Source: the human T2T-CHM13v2.0 reference genome, Homo sapiens
Assembly: GCF_009914755.1 (NCBI RefSeq)
Contig: NC_060932.1
Direction: 5' to 3' (one strand)
Length of the DNA: 64,000 bases
Position 1 is the stretch's first letter, and each line of letters opens with the position of its first letter. Positions 13,716-27,345 of the stretch are shown here, in pieces. The position numbers were made by a program, and so were the translations under genes. A model generated the notes under the pieces. It searched no databases, was not told the DNA's origin, and saw only the letters and a list, made by a program, of their open reading frames with translations.

Positions 13716-15749
13716 AAAATAATAAGGCTGTGGCACTCACCAAAGGCCCCAGAGCTGGGAAAGGCAGGGCCTGGTGGGTTTGTTCCAGCTCAGTCCCAAG
13801 GGTGCCATCCCCTCTCGACCTCAGCCTTCCCACCACTGTCTGGATCTCAAAGGACCTCTCTAGCCCTTTGCCTCAGACCCCAGGGCCACATGACCCAGCC
13901 CACACGCAGGCAGGGCCTGCAGTCTGCTCGGACTTCACACCCCACGGATGACACCACGTGCCTAGACACCTCCCTGGGCCCAGAGGGGAAGCCACAACAC
14001 AGCATGGGGCTGGTGTCAGAGAAGGGGCAGTGTGTACTGGCTTCTGTTGGCTTTTTAAGTTCTTAATACACTTTAGGGAGCCTGTTTCAAAGTCAAAGAC
14101 GAGGTATGCAATTAGAGAAATGCCCCTCAAGGCCCTAACTGCAGAGCCCGCCTGGGTCGGAAAAGGAGGTGCTCACAAAACACTCTCACACTCCCCCAGA
14201 CCCCTCCCCTGTCCCCCGACGCCTCCCATCTGTCCACAAGTGGCTCCACCCTCTCAGATGCAGAGCCTGACATTGGGGAGGGAGTTGAAGTGGCACAGTG
14301 GGGACTGAGAGAGGACAAGGACATTGAGAGTGCCCTCAAGTGCCCCCTTCCCAGCCTCCCTGCACCCACCCCCCCAGGCCTGGCCGGGCAGTCTTCTTCG
14401 GAGTAACAATCCAGGCCCACATCTCCTGCCAAGGCAAGGGCAAAGGGACTCCTGTTCACAGGAAATAAAGGCTCATCCTTGATGAGCATGGAGAGGAGTA
14501 AAGCGCAGGCAGTGGTGGAGAGGCCCCTTGGGGCTGCAGGCACATCCCAGGAGGGCCCTGGCAGGCTAGCAGGCAGGCCGGCAAGGGGCCCCGGGGCCTG
14601 ACCCCAGCCTCCAACCCGAAGCAGAGTGCGCACCTGGGGCGCATCCAGACACACGGCTGGGGCCAGAGGTCTTGGACACAGGCTAGGACAGCACAAGGTA
14701 GAAGAGGATATGAAGCCATCCCACCACCTCCCACCCGGGACCACCTCCTCTTCTTCCACACCAGCGAGGTCACCCCCGTCAGTGTCACTGTCCATCAGCC
14801 ACTCACTGCCCGGCAGGCTGCAATGAGCCCTCCTGCAGCCCAGGCCTTTTGCGGAGTACCACAGACTGTGTCTCTAACTTTGCCACCTCCTCCACCATCC
14901 CGTTAATTACCCAGTGCCCAGCACAACCACCGGCTCACTCAGCACCCCCAGCCCTGACAGCACCAGGAAACCCACTCGAACCCTGTGAGGAGGGCAGGAG
15001 GACTTCTTCATGTAAAAGCCAGAGACAAGCAGCCCACAGCCCATGACAGCAGTGCTCTGTGTCACCCCAGTCCCAGGCCCTGCCGGCCACCTACAATAGG
15101 GGCTGACCCCACTGCTGGGGCGACTGAGCCACTACAGCGGCTGCCAGAGAGCAGAGGCCCTGTCCTCGGACACAGCAAAGGGGAGGCCCTGGGGCCAGCT
15201 ATCCCACTGACGGCCAAAGAGGGGCTCCCCCACGGCCCCCAACTGTGCCAAGAGGAAGGGCTGCCCCATAAAGACCTCCCTCAAGCTGAAACAGTCCCGA
15301 GGAAGTTCCGGCAGCAAGGCCAAGTGACTCGGGGCCGGGACTGCCACTGCCTGCTACCTCATCCTGCAGCTGAGCAGGAGGCCTCAGCGCCCGTGACCAG
15401 AGATGCCTACTTAGGTCTGCCCCGTCCAGGTGGGGCTGGGAGCACTTGCTCAGATCCTCTTCCAGACACTGTCAGCTCCACCACAGCCAGCACTGCGGTC
15501 CTCGCCACACACTGGGCTCAGGTATGGGGGCAGATCCCAGCCAATGTCTTGAGGGGAACCTTGGCCCACTGCAGCCCAGTGCTCTAGGGACCCATCCAGT
15601 CCCGGGGCAGGGCATGTCCAGGCAGCTTCCACACCAGGACGGAGGCCTCATCGCCCACAGCTGGAATCCAGTGCAGGAACCAGGCTGCCGCCCTCCTCTT
15701 CCAGATCTCCTATAGCACGGCCTCGTTCAACAGTCAAGAGGCCTGAGTG

Positions 15750-16145
15750 CACGCCATGTCTATGCCCAGCACCTGTCCCAGCACCTGTCCAGGCCACCAC
15801 AGCAAGAGCTCAGACGCCATGCCTACGCCCTGCACCTGTCCAGGCAACTGTCCCAGCACCTGTCTGGGCCCACCACAGCAGGAGCTCAGACGCCATGCCT
15901 ACGCCCAGCACCTGTCCAGGCAACTGTCCGGACACCTGTTCCAGCACCTGTCCAGGCAACTTCCGGACACCTGTCCCAGCACCTGCCCGGGCCCACCACA
16001 TCAGGAGCTCAGACGCCGTGCCTACACCCAGCACCTGTCCCAGCACTTGTCCAGACCCACCACAGCAAGAGCTCAGCATGCCATGCCTACGCCCTGCACC
16101 TGTCCCAGCACCTGCCCGGGCCCACCACAGCAGGAGCTCAGACAC
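15750..16145. repeat. Hierarchical minisatellite (about 5 higher-order units with a variable number of ~13-bp subunits)
   Basis: gacgccatgcctacgcc[cagcacctgtcc..]n gcccaccacagcaggagctca. Confidence 0.88.
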
Positions 16146-16852
16146 TGGGCCCACACTGACCTCCTGCAGACCTCCCTGACCCATCAGACACCAATAAAGC
16201 GATGCTCTCCCTGGGAAAAGGGACTCTGCCTGAGCCTCAGCCTCAGGGTCTGCAGAAGGCCCACTGCAGCTCTGAGCAGATGCTGCCTCCCAGGTCTCAA
16301 CCTGCCCACCCTGACACCACAGGGCGGCGCCAGCCTGTAGGAAGGCCTCTTCTGGGTGTTAAAAACAGTAACAGAGCAGCATGTTTCAAACCACGGCGCT
16401 GAAACCCAGGTCAGAAAACCAGTTTAGTAAGTTGCAATCAGCTTTTTCTTTCATGAGTAGCACAAGACGCAGCAGGAGGAACATGAGCACGCGTGGCCAT
16501 GGGGAGCGTCGGCACGGCTAGAAATGCCTGATTCTCGGTGTGTGTGTCTACCCCAGGCAGCAACGGCAAATGCCCTTCTCGCCACGGCCGTGGTCCCAGT
16601 GTGTGACTGGGTGATGGTGACGGGAGAACTCTGTCTTGCCTGTCTGCATGCTCAGCTCCGCTCTAGGACGCGGTGAGGGACAGGCCAAGTCAAACGCCAA
16701 GCAGGGAGACAAAATTTACTAATGCTCCCTTTATAGGTAATAGATATTGGCTGAATGCACAGATGGGTGGATGCACAGATGAGTGAAGAGTGAACGGGGC
16801 AGAGGATGAATGAACAAGAACACTCCAGATGAGACAGTGGTGATGGGGAGTG

Positions 16853-17008
16853 GGGGAGGAGGGGAGAAGAGGAGGAGGAGGAGGAGGGGGAGGAGGAGGA
16901 GGAGGGGGAGGAGGAGGAGGAGGGGGAGGAGGAGGAGGAGGAGGAGGGGAGAGGAGGAGGGGAGAGGAGGAGGGGAGAGGGGAAGGGGAGGAAGAGGAGG
17001 AGGAGGAA
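16853..17008. repeat. (GGA)n/(GAG)n homopurine tract
   Basis: About 155 nt made only of G and A on the plus strand, ~100 nt downstream of the exon 4 donor. Confidence 0.95.
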
Positions 17009-17013
17009 AGTCA

Positions 17014-17790
<777 letters not shown>

Positions 17791-18087
17791 CTAGCCCTGA
17801 CACTGCCTCACCAGGTGCCATCAGCAAGCACGTAGCTTCTGGGTCACAGTGCCCCATCTCCAAGACAGCACACCACTAGCCCTGCCTGCCCCTGCAGCCA
17901 CCACAGAGGTGCAGGAGCCGAGCAGGCTAGGTTGCGGCCCTGGACCCTCTCCAGGGTTTCCTGCCCTCAGGCCAGGGCTGGGCTGCTCCCGGGATCAGCC
18001 CTCGCCTGGGGACAGCCTTGCCAGCTGACATTTTGGAAGGCTCCTGCCTACCTGCCCACAGCACAACTAAGAGCCCTCTGAGCACAG

Positions 18088-18195
18088 GCCTCGGCTTCCC
18101 TCCCACACTTGGGCCAGGGCCGGTGGGGACACGGTGGCCAGCCTCGACTTCCCCTCCCGCACTTGGGCTGAGGCCGGTGGGGACGTGGTGGCCTG
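18088..18195. repeat. Two-copy ~54-bp duplication
   Basis: gcctcg(g/a)cttccc..cacttgggc..ggccggtggggac..ggtggcc occurs twice. Confidence 0.8.
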
Positions 18196-18727
18196 GTCGG
18201 CAGCCTCACCCCCCTACCATCCTGTGCCTCCACAGCCCTCCATCCTGCAAGGGAACAGGGCTGCACTGGCAACAGTGGCAAAGTCTCTGCGTCTTTGCTC
18301 ACAGACGAGCTTTTTCACTAACCGGACCAGCTTCCTGAAGGCAGGGACAGTGCCCGACACTGCAGGTTCCCTGGTGCTGCATGTCTGAGCCCCCAAGGAG
18401 AAGCACTCAAGTACAGGCCTCTCCCTGGGGGCCTGGTGTCCCAGAAGGACCTGGAAGGGGCCCCTCCACCAGGAGGGAAGCCCACCAGGATACCTGCAGA
18501 GGTCACCGCACCTGTTCCTCCCCAAACCACAGCAAGCACTCTGCCACCCCTCACCGGCCCACTGCACAAGGACAGTCGGGCTTGAGGGTGAGGGGCCACA
18601 AGAGCAGGTCCAGAGCCCCCAGCGGGAGCACCCCTGCTCAGTCCTGAGCCTACAGGGTTGGCCAGCTCTGGCCACCACACAGCTTCCATCCTGTGGCCTG
18701 TATGGGCCGGCTGCACCCTTGACCCTA

Positions 18728-19075
<348 letters not shown>

Positions 19076-20779
19076 TCAGGGCGCTCCTGGCAGTGCCAGG
19101 CCCCCATGCACGGACAGCAGACACCCAGGACCCGAGATGCTCCACTCAGGGCTCCTCCTCCAGGAAGCCCTCCCTGCCTGCTATATCCTCTGGATCATCC
19201 CCCTTCTGCTGAATGCCAGCAAGGAGTTCAGAACTTTAGGTGTTCCGGACTTTTCTCTGAACCAGTTCTGAAATGTGACTGCAAACTAGCAAACAACCCC
19301 CAGGGCTTGCAGGGGTAGCCACAGATTAATCCCTGGACAGCTATTACCAGTCAGCAACAAAGTACAAAATGGGAAGTGCGGCTCCAGCATCGTTTAAGGC
19401 AATTTGAAACTGCTGCGACCTCCACGCTCAGAATCATTCTACTGCATTTTATAAAAGTGCCACTCCATAGCGTATGGGAGATGAAAAGCAAAGCCACACT
19501 GCTGTCCCCACTCGGCTTTGCGGAGGCAGAGACGCGTGCTCCCCATCTCCCGGCTCCCAGCCCCCGCACGGAACGCATCGTAATTTTCTCTAATTATTTC
19601 CATTTGTTCACAAAACATTTCTGGACACATTTCATTGAAATTCATTGATCCTCAGATGCACCTTATAAAAGCCTTTTAACATCTCCAGAACCACGATGTG
19701 CCTTTCGATCCACGGCACCCCAGAGTCACAGACACGCCGTGTGCGCCAGGCTGAGGCCTCCGAAGCCAGACCCCGCGTGCCTGTCTGCAACCTGTTCTTC
19801 CCGGGACGTGTCCCGGTAGGTCACAAGGATGCTGCTGGCTTGGAAGCGCTTTCCAGCCACATCCGCGGCCTCCAGGGCCAGGTCGGCACAGTGGGTCCCA
19901 GGGCTGCATCCTTGAGCCAAGCGCCTGAAGCAGCAGCTCTTGGAAAAGGCCCTTCATACAACCCTCAGAGAAGTGACACTAGGGGCCGCCCTGGTGAGCT
20001 CCCTCTCAGGATCCGTCTAGGGGGACCCTACAGCCCAACGTGACAGGGAGGGAAGGACTTTCCCAAAGCCTCTCATCGGACCCCCACGAGGTGGGCGAGG
20101 GCCCAAAGGCTACCTGGTCCATCCTCCTGCCCCCAGACAGCACTGCCCAAACCACACAGGCAGAGACAGGCCTACGGCCACACAGACTCAGGAAAGGGCC
20201 TCCAGTGCCCAGCTCACTGCTCTGGAGTGGGGCACGCTCACCCTCCAGCTCTGGGCCCTGGTGGGGGGAAGAGGGAGAAGCCTGCAGAAGGACGGGAGGG
20301 CAGCTGCCTGGCTCATTTCGGGGCGGAGGTTTCCGCAGGGCAGAGAAGTGCAGCAAAGTAGATCAGAGTCAGAAGACAACCCTCTGGAGGGGATGGAGAG
20401 GGAGCAGCCGCAGCCTGGAGACAGACACTGCCCTGGGAAAACCAGGCACCCACGAAGAGGCACTGACCAAGGCCCGGAGGGGGCCCAAGTCACAGAGGGA
20501 GGGATCCCAAGTCACAGACGCCTCTCAGTGTTTGATGAAGTGAGCCTCCAGCATGGGTCCCCCTCCCAAGAGGGCAGGGCCTGTCCCTCCAGCTCCCGGC
20601 AGGCCCTTCTCCCCTGGCATCCACACCATCCTCTCTCTGCACAGAGACACACTCTCCAAGCTGGAAACCCCGGACAATGGCCTGTGAGGGGATCCAGGCA
20701 CTTGGTGACTGAGCTCAGCCTCTGCTCAGAAATGGGGTCCCACAGGCCCCCAGAGAGACCACAGGCCCTGCTGTCACTC

Positions 20780-21073
20780 AAGGACACGCCATCACCTCGC
20801 CACACTGCATCCGCTCACCCAAGTCCAGAAGGACACGCCATCACCTCGCCACACTGCATCCGCTCACCCAAGTCCAGAAGGACACGCCATCACCTCGCCA
20901 CACTGCATCCGCTCACCCAAGTCCAGAAGGACACGCCATCACCTCGCCACACTGCATCCGCTCACCCAAGTCCAGAAGGACACGCCATCACCTCGCCACA
21001 CTGCATCCGTTCACCCAAGTCCAGAAGGACATGTCATCACCTCACCACACTGCATCCACTCACCCAAGTCCAG
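20780..21073. repeat. VNTR, 49-bp unit, 6 copies
   Basis: aggacacgccatcacctcgccacactgcatccgctcacccaagtccaga. The first four copies are identical. Confidence 0.95.
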
Positions 21074-21617
21074 GTCCTGCCCACTGCACCAGCGTTATTC
21101 CACGCTGCTCCCCACGCCCCTCGAGGGGCCAGTATGCTCTGCCCACCTGAGCCACGTGAACCTAGAACATGGCAGGGACAGGCCTGGGACATTTGCTGTT
21201 TGCTTTTGAATAGAATAATACCCACAAATTACAGAAAAAATGTAAATGCAGACAGTTATAAATAAAAAAATAAAGATCACAACATCCAGAGATAAACATT
21301 AACCCTGGAGGTGGGCGGCTGTCTCCCACAAGCAAATGCTGCACGTATGGCTTTGCTTCTTCCACGCACCACATTCGCCACAAATCACAGAACGTGCGCG
21401 GGTCACTCGAGAGCCTTCGACGATGTGATTTTAATGCCTGCGTCAAATTCTATCCCAGCTGTAACACATCGTCTCCCTAAAGCCAGATGCTTACAGTATT
21501 TCTGAGTCAGCACTCGCACAAATCACATGTGGTGAACACCTCTGCCCGTGTGTCTATCTCCTAAGACAGAGTCCAAGAGGAAGCACGGCTGGGCTAAGAG
21601 AAGGAACACTCCCGGCC

Positions 21618-22095
21618 GCCCCAAGCTGGCTGCTCCCGGCACCCCATGCCCACCCTCCCCTGGCCCCCGCTCCCGCCCCAGGCTGCCCCGAAGCTGGCTG
21701 CTCCCGGCACCCCATGCCCACCCTCCCCTGGCCCCCGCTCCCGCCCCAGGCTGCCCCGAAGCTGGCTGCTCCCGGCACCCCATGCCCACCCTCCCCTGGC
21801 CCCCGCTCCCGTCCCAGGCTGCCCCGAAGCTGGCTGCTCCCGGCACCCCATGCCCACCCTCCCCTGGCCCCCGCTCCCGCCCCAGGCTGCCCCGAAGCTG
21901 GCTGCTCCCAGCACCCCATGCCCACCCTCCCCTGGCCCCCGCTCCCGCCCCAGGCTGCCCCGAAGCTGGCTGCTCCCGGCACCCCATGCCCACCCTCCCC
22001 TGGCCCCCGCTCCCGCCCCAGGCTGCCCCGAAGCTGGCTGCTCCCGGCACCCCATGCCCACCCTCCCCTGGCCCCCGCTCCCGCCCCAGGCTGCC
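21618..22095. repeat. GC-rich VNTR, 68-bp unit, 7 near-identical copies
   Basis: gccccgaagctggctgctcccggcaccccatgcccaccctcccctggcccccgctcccgccccaggct. Confidence 0.96.
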
Positions 22096-22619
22096 AAGGG
22101 CGTGTCGACATTTTCTTTTCCTGCCAGGTTATCGTGAGGCTGACCGCTGCTGGTGCGCTGAGGAGACAGCTACATGTCCTAGCTGTCCACAGAGCTGGCC
22201 CGTGTGCATGGAGCTCTGGGGAGCTTTCTTCTGTGTATCTGAGTTATTTATGAGTTGACGACTCACTAGCTGGCTTTTTGCTGCCTCTGTCCAGAGAACG
22301 TTATAGTGACACGACGGCCCTAAGGTGCTGCACAGTTAGGGTGGCAGGACTTTGGCACACAGCAGGGACTGGGCACATGCAGCTGACCCTACACCCATGG
22401 GGAATTTGTCCAGGCCCCACCAGCCTGCCTGGAAGGCCTTGCCCAGCTCTGAGGGTCCTCGAAGGCCCCGCCCACACAGAAGGCCAAGAGCTGAGGGGAG
22501 CAAAGGAGGCACTGAGCCAGGCTCGCCCCCATGCCCCAGAAGCAGCCCCAGCGCGACGATTTTCAACAAACCGGGACAACACTGGTGCTTTTCTTTCAGA
22601 TGTGTGTTCGGGTTTGAAA

Positions 22620-25600
22620 TCACTTTAAAAAGACAACTGGAAAAAAGTACATCTGAAAATGATGAAGTAAACTTCCAAGTAATTCCTAAACAAAGAAATC
22701 ATAATGGAAAGTTAAAGATATTTAGAACTGAAAAAAAATTTAAAATACTATACATTTCAAAATGTGTGATATTCAACTAAAGCAGTTTCTAGGGAAATTT
22801 CTAATTTCCAATGCTTTTATTAGAAATGAATATTTACCATATTCATGGTGAATGTGGTAAATATTCAATCTGGGAGTCAGAAAAATAAAATAGCATCAAC
22901 TTAAAGAAAGGAGGGAAATGATGAAACTATGAGCAGAAATCAATCACAATTTAAAACTCGCACGCACAGAAGGGGGAAGCCAGGGGCCATATCTCTGCAG
23001 AGACCTGTGGAACTGCCAGGTCTCTGTCGATACTGACTATAAAAGAAGACAGAGAAGGTACAAATACAGAATATCAGGAATGAGAAAGGGGACGTGGTTG
23101 AGATGCTGTGGCTGTGAAAGCAGCAGCAGCCACCACTGGCCCTCAGCGGCCCTGCCCGAGCTTCACGGGTGTCGACACATCCATCTGCATGACCACCAGG
23201 CCGGAGGTCTCTTCTCACCTCCCCTTCCCAACCCTGAGTTCACAAAGCTCATGAGCAGCAGGGTGGGCAGGGCTGAGACCAAGGCAGGCAGGGTGGGTAG
23301 ACAGGGCAAGGCAGACAGGGCAGGGACCAAGCAGGCAGGGCTGGCACGCTGGGACAAAGACTAGCAGGGCTGGGACCAGGGCAGGCAGGGCAGGCAAGGC
23401 TGGGACCAGGGCAGGCAGGGCGGGCAAGGCTGGGACCAGGGCAGGCAGGGCGGGCAGGGCTGGGACCAGGGCAGGCAGGGCTGGGACCAGGGCAGGCAGG
23501 GCAGGCAGGGCAGGCAGGGCAGGCAAGGCTGGGACCAGGGCAGGCAGGGCGGGCAGGGCTGGGATCAGGGCAGGCAGGGTGGGCAGGGCTGGGACCTCGG
23601 CAGGCAGGGCTGGGACCAGGGCAGGCAGGGCGGGCAGGGCTGGGACCAGGGCAGGCCGGCTTCTGCATCTGCATCTTAACCATTACATGAGGGTGCCCCA
23701 GTGTCACAACTGACAGCGAAAGGCTATTGTGTACAATTTCATTTCAGTAAGTTGAACATTTAGATAAAACAGTCGAATTTCCAGAAAAATGCAACTTAAC
23801 AAAACTGACCCAAGAAGAAACAGAAAGCCTGAATAATGTTTGACAACTAGAGGAATTAACTGGTAGTCAGAAAATCTTTCCACAAAGGAAAACACTAGAC
23901 CCACATAGTTTTACAGCAAAAACCCAGAAACATTCAAGGAATACATAATCCTGTTCTTCCACAAACTCACCAAGAATAGAACCACCATCTCCATTCAACA
24001 CTGCAGTAGAGGTTCCAGCCAGGAAAAGAAACACATTAATAGGTGAAAGCACTGGAAAAGGAGCGAAAACACTGTCATTACGCACAAACACCACCATCTA
24101 CAGGGAAAGCTCAACAGATTCCACAGACAAATAATTACAATAAAAAGGGTTTAGCAACATGGCTGGACACAAACCAGTACACAAAAATCAATTACACCAC
24201 ACAGGAAAACCCTGGTTTCTTCAACAAATAAACTTGGAGGGAAATAAAGAGATGGAGGGAAGCCAGAGACAGAGACACACTCGAAGGAGGAGCATAGGTC
24301 AGCTGTAACACGGGATCTCGGGAGGCTCCACGTTAAACGGCATCTCTGAAACAGACACTCCTAGAGGCCGTCGGCCACTTCAACTGCAGGTCGGGTATGG
24401 CAGCCAAACGTGCTGTCACAGTGGAAATCTGGTCACACATAAAAGGAGTCCTTCTCTTTTAGAGACACGCTGAAATATTACCAGATGAGATGATCTGCTA
24501 TCTGGGATTTACTCCGGAATGACACAGCAGGGAAGCAGTTTGGGGGCACATGTACCGCCACACTGGCCACGAGCAGTGAGGGGAAGCCAAGGTACACCAG
24601 GGGCTGTGACGCGTCTGAGCCTACTTTGATGTGTTTGAAAGTTTCCACATTTAGAAAATTAAAACATAAAATATTCAAAAATTAAATACAATATCTGGAC
24701 TTTGTTCTTAGAAAAAGCCAATTACATGCACACACCAGCAAGACGCATTTGGAAAATGTAATATTCAGAATGGTACCACTTACAACAGCAGGAAAGAAAG
24801 TTTTTACTTTGTTGAAATGAATTTAAGAAAAGATATGTAAGATCTTTACAGAGAAAGTTAAATGACTTCATTGAAAGACATTAAAGAAAACCCCATAAAT
24901 ATAAAGACGTGTGCTTGTTCACGGACTGGAAGGCTCAGAACGATAAAGAAATCACTTCTCCCCACACAGATGCAGGGACGCCAGGCAAACCCAGTCAAAG
25001 CTCCAGAGTGCGACAGGTGATCCTAAACCTTATGGTCAACATCAAACCGCCAAACATACCCGAGACACTTCTGTAGAAAAATAAGAAGGGCACTTTGTTC
25101 TAAAAAGTATTGAGAATTATAGCAAAACTATAGAAATTAAGGTGGATTTTGGCACAGGAAAAGCAAACTTGACCAGAGAATCCACATGAAAACTTTATCA
25201 CAGAGCTGTCACTGCAGGTCTACAGAAGAAAGGCAATTCAACAGTCCACACAATTTGTTCTTCAAACAGAGAAAAACAACATCACAGCTTCCCCTCCACA
25301 CTCACCCCACCTCACACCGTAAACAAAAATCAAAGGTCAATTACAGTCTTAAATATGAAAAACAAATTGTTCAATCTTTAGAGGGAAGTAAAAGATGGCA
25401 GCATTATCATCTTGTGATGGAAGTTACTAAAGAGAAAAGTGCGAGTCCCGAAGGGAATGATGGATCAACTCAACGCTGCCCTGGCTGAGAACTTCTGCTT
25501 CCCAGCAGGCCTCCCAGTGAGAAGCCGGCCCGGCCTGGATTGGGCTGTGTAAACCCACCTGATGAGGCTTTCGTCTCCAGAGCACAGGAGGGAAGCCTGT

Positions 25601-26400
25601 GAACCCATAAGCACAAGGCAAACCCAAGAGAAAAGCAGACAAACAGTGCTCACTGGCAGAAGACCCACATGCCCAATAAACACGAAAAGGGGATCCACCC
25701 CATTCATTATCAGAGAAACGTCCTTCCAACCAGAGAGGACAAGCCACACCCACCAGGCTGGCAAGACATCACCGTCCGACACCCCTGGGTGCTGACAAGG
25801 ACATGGAGCAAAGAGGGCTCTGGGTGGGGCCCGCATCAGCTCGGCTGCAGGTGGCCCAGCCCAGGAACGCCACGCCCCGTGTACCTGCAGAGGCCCTGGC
25901 CATGGGCACAGGCTGTGAGGGACGACACAGGAGCCAGCCTTAGCATCCCTGAGATGCGGAACACGCACAGACGCCGCGGTGTGCTCACAGAACCCAACGT
26001 GATGCAGCGCGGAATCGAAGGAGCCACAGCCACGCGCAACGTGGAGGCTCTCAGAACACGATGCGTAAAAGCAGCACGACACGGAGCAACGCAAATCGTC
26101 TGAGCCCAGGGAAGTTCAAAACCTGCACAGCTCAGCAACATACGGCTCAGGGATATGCACACGCATAAGCAAAACCGTGAAGAACCAGCAAGATGCGGCA
26201 CATACACAGTTCAGAGCAAGGACGAAGGAGGCAGGAGGGTAAAGGAGCAGGGGCCTGGGGGTCAGGCGCACCACCTCCGAACCGTTAGATCTGAACCTGT
26301 GTCTACACCCCACGCACACGTGTGCACATGCACACACACGTACAATCCTGTGTCTACTCAGCGTCCCTTGGAACACATTTTTAAACATAAAATAGATCAA
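22620..26400 (+). mobile_element. Series of degenerate L1M fragments (ORF2 and 3' parts) flanking the G-rich repeat
   Basis: L1 motifs: aaaactgacccaagaagaaacagaaagcctgaata; acaaaaatcaatt; ttgaaagacattaaagaa..tgttcacggactggaaggctca; cattcattatcagagaaa. Confidence 0.65.
23260..23657. repeat. G-rich compound minisatellite (9-bp ggcagggca and 20/29-bp units)
   Basis: (ggcagggctgggaccagggca)(ggcagggc[a/g])n arrays. Confidence 0.93.
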
Positions 26401-27169
26401 GCAGCTGACACCGTGCCCTGCCTAAGGCCCTGCAGGCTTCCCTGGCCCATGGAAGGAACCTCCATCCACACCGGCCCGTCTCCCAGGACACTCTCATTCA
26501 GGTCTCCCGGGGCTGCCTTCTCCAGGGTCCCCCTCTACTCTCCACTAAGCACCCCCTCCCCGAGGGCCCTCCTTCACCTCCTCAGTTCATGCAGTCCACC
26601 CCTCTGGGCTGGCAGTCCTAGTCCCTGCTGGGTCATTTCCTTCCTAGCACTCAAGAAAGAGGATCTCAGAACCATCCCAGTCAGAACACAGGCCCCCTAA
26701 GGGCACAGGACTCACTTGTCTCTCTGCCTCCTGCCCAACTCCTGGCACACAGCAGACGCTGTATCAATGGTCTCGGCGGGAAGGAGGAAAGGGAGGCAGA
26801 AGTGGGAGGAGACCAGGCCAGCCCGGCACTCCCAGTGGGCAGGAAGGATGAGGGCATCCTAGAGGACCTGGCCTGTGAGGCGCTAAGTGGTGATGGCAAG
26901 ATGAGGAGGGGCACTTGGTGATATCACCAATGGCCATCTGCACCCGTCCTCCCTGCTGCCATCCTATCCCAGCAGGGCTGAGGCAGGCAGCCGCCCTCTC
27001 GAGCACATGCTGCTCCCTCTCTGCAGGGCTGGGGGTGGGAAACAAATCCAGGGCACTGGGGGCTGCCAAGGAGCCAGCGAGGGCCCCTCAGCCGGCCTCA
27101 TTCCCTGAACAGGCCCCCTGGGGACCAGAGCCCCGGCAAGAGCCAAGCAGAGCTGCAAGGGAGGAACCA

Positions 27170-27345
27170 CCCCAGCAGAGAAGGGCCCCAGGGTGAGGGA
27201 GACCTGCCCGCACAGCTGGGAGGACGCTCACTCCCCAGCAGAGAAGGGCCCCACGGCGAGGGAGACCCTGCCCGCACAGCTGGGAGGACGCTCACTCCCC
27301 AGCAGAGAAGGGCCCCACGGCGAGGGAGACCCTGCCTGCACAGCT
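27170..27345. repeat. Tandem repeat, 63-64-bp unit, ~2.7 copies
   Basis: ccccagcagagaagggccccacggcgagggagaccctgcccgcacagctgggaggacgctcact at 27170, 27233 and 27297. Confidence 0.9.

Noticed and set aside
16400-16620. Possible hAT/Charlie transposon remnant
   Set aside because: Resemblance too weak to assign without a RepeatMasker/Dfam search.
20261-21265. 334-aa ORF
   Set aside because: Non-ATG start, spans the 49-bp VNTR, antisense to the gene, no recognisable domain.
21523-22258. Six long overlapping Pro/Gly-rich ORFs
   Set aside because: They are translations of the stop-free 68-bp VNTR in all frames.
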